From the NCBI GenBank assembly GCA_965229525.1, contig OZ245886.1, positions 1,968,882 to 2,000,881 on the forward strand: a stretch of DNA of 32,000 nt. The letters run 5' to 3'. The stretch comes from Balneolaceae bacterium (GTDB lineage Bacteria; Bacteroidota; Rhodothermia; Balneolales; Balneolaceae). The position numbers were made by a program, and so were the translations under genes. The notes beneath the pieces were generated by a model that made no database searches, had not been told where the DNA came from, and saw only the letters and a list, made by a program, of their open reading frames with translations. Each line of letters begins with the position of its first letter. Positions within the stretch are counted from its first letter, which is position 1. Below, one piece after another: positions 26,413 to 32,000 of the stretch.

Positions 26413-29349
26413 ATGCAAAAAAAGCTACTAGTTCTATTATTTTCTCTTCTCGCAAGTGTACATTCGCAAGCTCAGTTTAACACAGATTCTTTATCAAATA
26501 TAGTCAGGGGAAAAAGTCTACTTCAGCAAGACATACTTAGAGTACTTTCAGGAATTCACCCAGGGTTGCAAATTACATCAACAGGCGGTTTGACTGGTTC
26601 AGGGACTAACGCACTCATTAGAGGATATACAAGCCTGAATGCCACAAGCAATCCATTAATAATAGTAGATGGAATTAGGTTCGACGGTCAAAACAATCAA
26701 AATAGCAGCACCTTTACAGGTGGAGGTACGTTAACCACTCCAAATCGAAGTATTGATATTAACGCTTCCGAAATAATAGATATAAAAGTACTAAACTCTC
26801 TATCGGCAACAGTTCGTTATGGGGAGGAAGCCAGAAATGGTGTAATACTGATCACAACCAAAAGATCACAAAATAATCTAAGAGAAGACAAGCTGGAGAT
26901 TTCCTATCAACAGGGTTTCTATAATACGGTAATAAGTAGTCGTCCACACTATCAGAATAAATATGGAATGGGTTTCAATGGTATCAATTCTGGTACTTTT
27001 AGTTCATGGGGACCCGAATTTTTAGTAACGGATGAAGCTAGCTTTAATACAAATTTTGCAGGTTTTGATTCTGATGGAACCGTATTACTTAATCACCCAT
27101 TAACCGGACATGAATTTACAGCATTAGCATTTCCAGAATTTGCGACCGCAACCTACAGATACGAAGCAAAACCCAACGCCATTGACGAATTTTTTAAGAA
27201 TGGATTTGCATCAACAACTCAATTAGGGGCTAATTATCGAACTGGAAATTATTTTTTAAATGTAAATTATGCCGGAAGTTGGGAAGATGGTTTTACCCCA
27301 GAGAATTCATTACAACGGAATAATATTGGAGCAAATTTTAGCTATCCACTAATTGAAAATGTTCACGGAAGATCTTCCTTACAATTAGTCTATACTGATA
27401 TTAAATCGCCAGTTCTAAGTGCAGGTAGTGGTAGCGGCAGGGTTCAAAGCTCGGCCGGGCCTAGCGTTTTTTCTGATGTTTTTTATACACCAAGATCTAT
27501 AGGATTCGATTTCCCCTATCAAAATCCGGATAATGGCGGATCAGCTTATTACAGAGTCGGAAACGATATTCTAAATCCAAGATGGACAATTGACAATACA
27601 AAAAGCATGAATAGTAGTAACAGGATTTTAGGATACACCGAAGTGCTGTTTACTCCAACTGATCGATTTGAAATACTGTACAATTATTCATTCGAAAGCT
27701 ACGATGAAGATCAGGAATATAGATTGAACCCTTCGTTAGCTACCAATTATCCTTTTCCATCAGGGTTATATCAAACGATAGATGTAACCAGAATTTTCTA
27801 TGAGCAATTATTACTCTTTAAACTAAAGAAACTTGAATTTGGGCAACTAACTTTAAATGTAGATGCCGGTTTAAATTATATATCAGAGACTATTGAAGAG
27901 GAGGGTCTTGAAAGTATTGATATTCGCGATTTGGGAATTTTCAAGCACAGTAATTTTAGAACTCAGTTACCTATAAGTTCTTTTACTAGTGAGTTATTTG
28001 CTCGGGAATTCGATCGCAGATCGTTCGCGGTGTTTTCAATGGCTAACCTGGATTTCAAACATATTATTGGCGCAGAAATAGGCATTCGAGGGGTATCAAA
28101 TAAGTCGTTGCAACAGCAGGATTTAAGTGCATGGTATCCATCAATGCAGCTCGCTTACAGACCTATCAACCATTTTGATAAGCCAGTTGGTTTTTTGTCG
28201 GATGCTAAAATCGAGGTAGGATATTCCACATCAGGAAGATCCATTTTTACAGAGCAGGAGATTCTGGTTCAAGATCGTGCAAGTGTACGGGTTAATAACC
28301 AAATAAAGCCAGAGAGGTCTACTGAAAGGCAGTTGAGCTTAACACTGGGTTTTTTTGATAATAGAATCAAAATTCAATCGACATATTACAAGCAAACCCA
28401 TACGGACTTAATATCTAGAATTGCAGATAGTAGCGATCCTACTTTTTCATCCATATTAGACAACTTGATGGAAATTGAATCAGAAGGGCTGGAATTGTCC
28501 TTGTTTGCAATGCCAATTCGGAGAAAAGTTCAGTGGACGATATTCAGTAATTTTTCCAGTATAAACACAGAAGTAAAAGAATACACTGGTTCATTTAATG
28601 CCGTTCAATTAGGTAATAGTTTACCAAGTAGGGGAAATGCCGCATTGATCGACGAGCCGTTCATGGTGATGTATGGTATTCAGATATTGAAAGTTAACGA
28701 GGCCCTGAAAGAATCTAATCCTGATTTTGCCAATGTTGCCATCGGCACCCCGATTATTGATGATTTTGGAAATTATGTGCCAGGCCAGGTTGGAATCATA
28801 GGAAATCCAATCCCTAAATGGAATGCATCCATGATTCATCAGATTTCTTACCAAAATTTGGGGTTAAGTATTCAGCTCGATTATCAACATGGTGGTGATA
28901 TGTATAGCGCATGGATTGCATCGCTACTAGGAAGAGGAGTTGTAACCGAGACAACCAAAGATGATCGAAACGAAATGTTTATAGTCGAAGGTGTTGGATT
29001 TGATGGTGAGCCGAATGACGTAGAAATCAGTTCACAGCAATATTACTTCAATAATATATTGATTGGACCAGATCAGGCGCGTGTTTTTGATATGACTCAT
29101 TTTCGCATTTCTTATATCAGTTTAGATTACGACTTGCCCGGTAAATGGCTAGAAAATAGTAGAATTCAACAGGTAAATATTTCCATTTCGGTAGAAAATG
29201 CCTTTCTAACAATGCCGAATATTCCCGATGGGTTAGGATTTGATCCTAATGTAAATTCAAATGGAGCAGGGGTTAACAATCTAGGTTTTGAGTACTTAAC
29301 GGGGCCAGGTGCGCGAAGATTCGGGGGAGCTATACGTGTGAAATTTTAA
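26413..29349 (+). CDS. SusC/RagA-family TonB-linked OM transporter, orphan (no SusD partner, no N-terminal carboxypeptidase-regulatory-like domain)
   Basis: Signal peptide ends in SQAQ. Plug motifs NALIRGYTSLNATSNPLIIVDGIRFDG and IKVLNSLSATVRYGEEARNGVILITTKR. Long barrel ending in GGAIRVKF. It starts 53 nt after motB, with no hairpin between. Confidence 0.88.
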   Translation: MQKKLLVLLFSLLASVHSQAQFNTDSLSNIVRGKSLLQQDILRVLSGIHPGLQITSTGGLTGSGTNALIRGYTSLNATSNPLIIVDGIRFDGQNNQNSSTFTGGGTLTTPNRSIDINASEIIDIKVLNSLSATVRYGEEARNGVILITTKRSQNNLREDKLEISYQQGFYNTVISSRPHYQNKYGMGFNGINSGTFSSWGPEFLVTDEASFNTNFAGFDSDGTVLLNHPLTGHEFTALAFPEFATATYRYEAKPNAIDEFFKNGFASTTQLGANYRTGNYFLNVNYAGSWEDGFTPENSLQRNNIGANFSYPLIENVHGRSSLQLVYTDIKSPVLSAGSGSGRVQSSAGPSVFSDVFYTPRSIGFDFPYQNPDNGGSAYYRVGNDILNPRWTIDNTKSMNSSNRILGYTEVLFTPTDRFEILYNYSFESYDEDQEYRLNPSLATNYPFPSGLYQTIDVTRIFYEQLLLFKLKKLEFGQLTLNVDAGLNYISETIEEEGLESIDIRDLGIFKHSNFRTQLPISSFTSELFAREFDRRSFAVFSMANLDFKHIIGAEIGIRGVSNKSLQQQDLSAWYPSMQLAYRPINHFDKPVGFLSDAKIEVGYSTSGRSIFTEQEILVQDRASVRVNNQIKPERSTERQLSLTLGFFDNRIKIQSTYYKQTHTDLISRIADSSDPTFSSILDNLMEIESEGLELSLFAMPIRRKVQWTIFSNFSSINTEVKEYTGSFNAVQLGNSLPSRGNAALIDEPFMVMYGIQILKVNEALKESNPDFANVAIGTPIIDDFGNYVPGQVGIIGNPIPKWNASMIHQISYQNLGLSIQLDYQHGGDMYSAWIASLLGRGVVTETTKDDRNEMFIVEGVGFDGEPNDVEISSQQYYFNNILIGPDQARVFDMTHFRISYISLDYDLPGKWLENSRIQQVNISISVENAFLTMPNIPDGLGFDPNVNSNGAGVNNLGFEYLTGPGARRFGGAIRVKF

Positions 29350-29426
29350 TGGCACACAAATTGTATTTAAGTACAAGGAATTCGACCGATAATTAAGGTG
29401 TACGGTGGACGAACCCTAAACCTAAA

Positions 29427-29597
29427 ATGGGGAGAAACATGGACAGAGATATACGAAACATTGTGATGCAGCTAGAGATGCTTCTTGAAGAGTATCCTGA
29501 AGCCAAGTTTTACATTTATAACGGAATTAGAGGAATGGTTTCAGATTTGTTGAATTCTGTAGATTGTGTAGATGACCTACGCGAAGAAGAACGTTAA
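29427..29597 (+). CDS. Possible small acidic protein (56 aa), hypothetical
   Basis: ATG...TAA ORF, too short to appear in the ORF track: MGRNMDRDIRNIVMQLEMLLEEYPEAKFYIYNGIRGMVSDLLNSVDCVDDLREEER. Two terminator-like hairpins follow. No homology recognised. Confidence 0.35.
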   Translation: MGRNMDRDIRNIVMQLEMLLEEYPEAKFYIYNGIRGMVSDLLNSVDCVDDLREEER

Positions 29598-29625
29598 ATA
29601 TGTTCATAAGAACCCCGATACCCCA

Positions 29626-29657
29626 GGCTCGTTTTTTGATTGTGCGAGCCTTTTTGA
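29626..29657 (+). terminator. Weak terminator-like hairpin
   Basis: 7-bp stem aggctcg / cgagcct (29626-29632 with 29646-29652), a 13-nt loop, then ttttt. Confidence 0.45.
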
Positions 29658-29670
29658 TAGATGACCCCAA

Positions 29671-29709
29671 AAGCCTTACTGGAGAGTAAGGCTTTTCTTT
29701 TTTTATTTT
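29671..29709 (+). terminator. Strong rho-independent terminator
   Basis: Perfect 10-bp stem aaagccttac / gtaaggcttt (29671-29680 with 29687-29696), loop tggaga, then tcttttttttatttt. Confidence 0.85.
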
Positions 29710-29733
29710 GTGCCAGAAGTAGTAAATCTATCA

Positions 29734-30255
29734 ATGGCAGAAAAACCAGCACTTGAAATTGTTTTATCAAAACTCTTCAAAGAAGATGTGTTCAAATTTA
29801 TGCAGGAGTATCCCGAGGAATTTGAATCAATTCTTGAATTAAGTATTACCGATGATAAACCAATCTGTTGGCGGGCAGCCTGGGTAGTTCAAAACTTCAT
29901 GGAAAGAGATGATCAGCGGGTGAGACCTTACGTTGATCTCATGCTTGAAATCATTCCTCAAAAAGAAGATGGTCATCAACGAGAATTGCTAAAGATTCTT
30001 TCAAATATGAACCTGGATGATGATCGACAAAGTATTCTGTATGATGAATGTGTGACTATCTGGGAATCTGTTCGAAAAAAACCGGGTACTCGATATATTG
30101 CATTTCTACAAATGGCTAAGATGGTAGAAAAATATCCTGAATTAATTCAGGAAATACACGCTGTTACTCAGCCGCAGCATATAAATACGTTAAGTCCTGG
30201 AGTGAAACAGGGAGTTCTTCGAACATTGGCTGAGTTAGAAACATTAAGTAGTTAA
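29734..30255 (+). CDS. Hypothetical all-helical protein (possibly HEAT/ARM-like)
   Basis: ORF with helical-repeat-like composition: WRAAWVVQNFMERDDQRVRPYVDLMLEIIPQKEDGHQRELLKILSNM. I prefer ATG 29734 to the GTG 29710 in the ORF track, which abuts the terminator T-tract. Confidence 0.55.
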   Translation: MAEKPALEIVLSKLFKEDVFKFMQEYPEEFESILELSITDDKPICWRAAWVVQNFMERDDQRVRPYVDLMLEIIPQKEDGHQRELLKILSNMNLDDDRQSILYDECVTIWESVRKKPGTRYIAFLQMAKMVEKYPELIQEIHAVTQPQHINTLSPGVKQGVLRTLAELETLSS

Positions 30256-30316
30256 GCAAAAATATTAATTTATCTCTTTGTCTCGGCGCCTGTACTGAAT
30301 CTGTTTCTGTTCGTCC

Positions 30317-30886
30317 TTAATCTTCCCAACCCCAGGGAGCATCCGGGGTTGCAACCGTTTGAGTAAGATCAAATTTTATACTAAAATAACGCTCGGTTCC
30401 CAATCTTCTCAGATTATAGGTAAAAAACTCATCTTCCAATTCTATCCACCAGACATTGGTAGCTGCAGCTGGAATTAACTCAGCTGTTTCGACGTCAGCA
30501 GGGAAAAATTGAATGTTGCTTAAACCTGTATTTGGTGAGGTGCCACCATACTGAGTAACTTCATCTTCAGAACCATCCTCATGACGATGATCATGCTTCA
30601 AGGTTAATTGACTTCCGGATTTTGTAAACACCCAAGTTCTTGAACGATCTTCCCCAACGAAAAACGGTATTCTGATTACATTATCGGAGCAAGATCGAAC
30701 ATGCATAACTAATTCCTGACCACGAAAACTATCATTTTCAGGTGCTGCCATTACTTCAGCTGCATATGCATTCCCACATAAAGACTTCAGTTGATTCCAA
30801 AATACTGCATGGGGCTGATCAGCTTGCTGGGCAAATATAGGACTAGAAAGGGAAAAAATAGATATAATAAATAGAAAAAACCGCAT
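30317..30886 (-). CDS. Secreted hypothetical protein
   Basis: Signal peptide MRFFLFIISIFSLSSPIFAQ and a mature part of ~170 aa (TWVFTKSGSQLTLKHDHRHEDGSEDEVTQYGG). No family recognised. Confidence 0.6.
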   Translation of the reverse strand: MRFFLFIISIFSLSSPIFAQQADQPHAVFWNQLKSLCGNAYAAEVMAAPENDSFRGQELVMHVRSCSDNVIRIPFFVGEDRSRTWVFTKSGSQLTLKHDHRHEDGSEDEVTQYGGTSPNTGLSNIQFFPADVETAELIPAAATNVWWIELEDEFFTYNLRRLGTERYFSIKFDLTQTVATPDAPWGWED

Positions 30887-30963
30887 ATACCGGGTGATTT
30901 GAAATGATAAAGTGATATTCAGATCAATGTACTAAAAAGAGATTCATTCATTATTACAAATCC

Positions 30964-31046
30964 GTCATCCTGAACTCGTTTCAGGATCTTGAGAACTTAT
31001 CCAACTCAATTCCTACCAAAAGATGCTGAAACAAGTTCAGCATGAC
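30964..31046. repeat. Pair of inverted 25-nt hairpin-forming repeats (REP/MITE-like) in a divergent intergenic region
   Basis: Copy 1 is gtcatcctgaactcgtttcaggatc (30964-30988). The reverse complement of copy 2 (31022-31046) is gtcatgctgaacttgtttcagcatc, matching at 22 of 25 positions. Each copy is itself a 7-bp-stem hairpin: tcctgaa/ttcagga and tgctgaa/ttcagca. Confidence 0.75.
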
Positions 31047-31122
31047 CTAAATTTGTTAATCTACTTTCCTTTTACTCCTCAACATCACATATTCAATCGC
31101 TTTAATATTTAATTCGATTTCT

Positions 31123-32000
31123 ATGATTCTATCTTCCATAGACTGGGGGATTATTCTTCTCTTCTTTGCAACGATGCTGGGTATCGGTTGGTGGGCATCA
31201 AAAACGGCCGGTAAAAACATCAATGAATACTTTTTAGGTGGTCGCTCGATGCCTTGGTGGTTATTGGGTGTATCAATGGTTGCAACAACTTTTTCGGCTG
31301 ACACGCCAAACCTGGTAACAGGTCTTGTTCGTGAAAACGGGGTGGCCAACAATTGGGCCTGGTGGGCATTTTTAATTACTGGGATGGTCACCGTGTTTAT
31401 TTATGCAAAGCTCTGGCGACGCTCCAACCTGACCACTGATCTGGGAATGTATGAGCTTCGATATGGTGGGAAAGCGGCCTCTTTTTTAAGGGGATTTCGA
31501 GCCTTGTATTTAGGAGTGCTTTTCAATTGTTTGATCATGGGAACCGTAACATTGGCGGCGATCAAAATTGGATCCATCATGTTTGGACTACAGCCTCTCA
31601 CTATTGTTATCACAATTTCAATTATTGTGGTGATTTATTCAGCGCTTGGTGGAATTAAAGGAGTGATATGGGCTGATTTTTTCCAATTCGGAATCTCAAT
31701 GTTTGGGGCTTTTTATGCAGCGTATGTAGTAATTCAAGAACCGGAAATTGGAAGTCTTAGCAATCTGATTACACACCCGAATGTGGTAGATAAGATCAAT
31801 CTGATTCCTGATATCTCGAATCCATCCATCCTAATAAGTCTTTTTATTATTCCAATTGCCGTTCAGTGGTGGGCAGTGTGGTATCCGGGTTCAGAGCCCG
31901 GAGGAGGTGGATATATCGCACAAAGAATGCTGGCAGCAAAAGACGAAAAGAATGCAATCGGTGCAACTCTACTATTTAATTTTGCACATTATGCTCTCCG
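31123..32000 (+). CDS. Sodium:solute symporter (SSF family), 3'-truncated by the window edge
   Basis: Open frame from ATG 31123 to the window end, absent from the ORF track (presumably because it has no stop codon inside the window): MILSSIDWGIILLFFATMLGIGWWASKTAGKNINEYFLGGRSMPWWLLGVSMVATTFSADTPNLVTG...WAVWYPGSEPGGGGYIAQRMLAAKDEKNA. The polytopic hydrophobic pattern and the GGR...S..AT..SA.T motif are typical of SSF. Confidence 0.88.
   Translation, partial: MILSSIDWGIILLFFATMLGIGWWASKTAGKNINEYFLGGRSMPWWLLGVSMVATTFSADTPNLVTGLVRENGVANNWAWWAFLITGMVTVFIYAKLWRRSNLTTDLGMYELRYGGKAASFLRGFRALYLGVLFNCLIMGTVTLAAIKIGSIMFGLQPLTIVITISIIVVIYSALGGIKGVIWADFFQFGISMFGAFYAAYVVIQEPEIGSLSNLITHPNVVDKINLIPDISNPSILISLFIIPIAVQWWAVWYPGSEPGGGGYIAQRMLAAKDEKNAIGATLLFNFAHYAL

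Noticed and set aside
1388-28854. Many 60-116-aa ORFs nested inside or antisense to larger genes: 1388-1708, 3841-4026, 4568-4774, 5433-5675, 6861-7043, 8848-9048, 9436-9888, 10272-12001, 13324-14411, 15285-15473, 15528-16064, 17253-17540, 19966-20205, 21877-22125, 22699-22890, 24281-24469 and 28621-28854
   Set aside because: Each is fully or largely overlapped by a longer ORF with clear family motifs. Their translations are low-complexity with no recognisable domain.
31056-31613. Two minus-strand ORFs (111 aa and 70 aa) offered by the ORF track
   Set aside because: The plus strand is open from ATG 31123 to the window end and encodes an unmistakable sodium:solute symporter, so the minus ORFs are antisense artefacts.
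1-32000. CRISPR arrays, tRNA/rRNA genes, transposases, integrases and prophage or defence islands
   Set aside because: I scanned the intergenic regions by eye: 7858-7936, 8273-8332, 9989-10081, 13201-13318, 15269-15369, 21116-21329, 29350-29733, 30256-30316 and 30887-31122. None has cloverleaf-like structure or repeat-spacer periodicity, and no ORF has recombinase or nuclease motifs.

Overview
This 32-kb chromosomal segment is coded almost entirely on the plus strand. PorV/PorQ-like and SusC/RagA-like outer-membrane (OM) proteins, a TonB-dependent receptor with a carboxypeptidase-regulatory-like domain, signal peptides ending in FAQ/AQ, and folP-cdaA adjacency suggest an FCB-group bacterium (Bacteroidota or Balneolota/Rhodothermota-like). 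That is a guess from gene content only. Order of content: (1) 2-7857, a tightly coupled envelope module of a 5'-truncated beta-sandwich repeat protein, a TonB-dependent receptor, a PorV-like barrel, an NHL lipoprotein and an NPP-type phosphodiesterase lipoprotein. (2) 7937-14482, housekeeping genes: 7Fe-type ferredoxin, FolP, the c-di-AMP cyclase CdaA, single-chain methylmalonyl-CoA mutase, MeaB and an acyl-CoA dehydrogenase. (3) 14522-19049, a SUMF1-domain lipoprotein, a stand-alone tandem-PAS protein, SufE, a hybrid histidine kinase and a GNAT. (4) 19135-21115, two tandem DGPF/YciI paralogues coupled to an ECF42-type sigma factor. (5) 21330-26359, the most unusual part: a five-gene operon encoding a membrane-anchored protein whose cytoplasmic ~320 aa read as a full FliG, an OM barrel protein, a TPR lipoprotein and a flagellar-type MotA/MotB stator pair. 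No other flagellar gene is in the window, and an orphan SusC-like transporter (26413-29349) follows directly. (6) 29427-32000, a 56-aa ORF with strong terminators, two hypothetical proteins, a hairpin-repeat pair and a 3'-truncated sodium:solute symporter that the ORF track misses. I found no rRNA, tRNA, CRISPR array, transposase or integrase. All domain calls come from motif reading by eye; no profile search was run.
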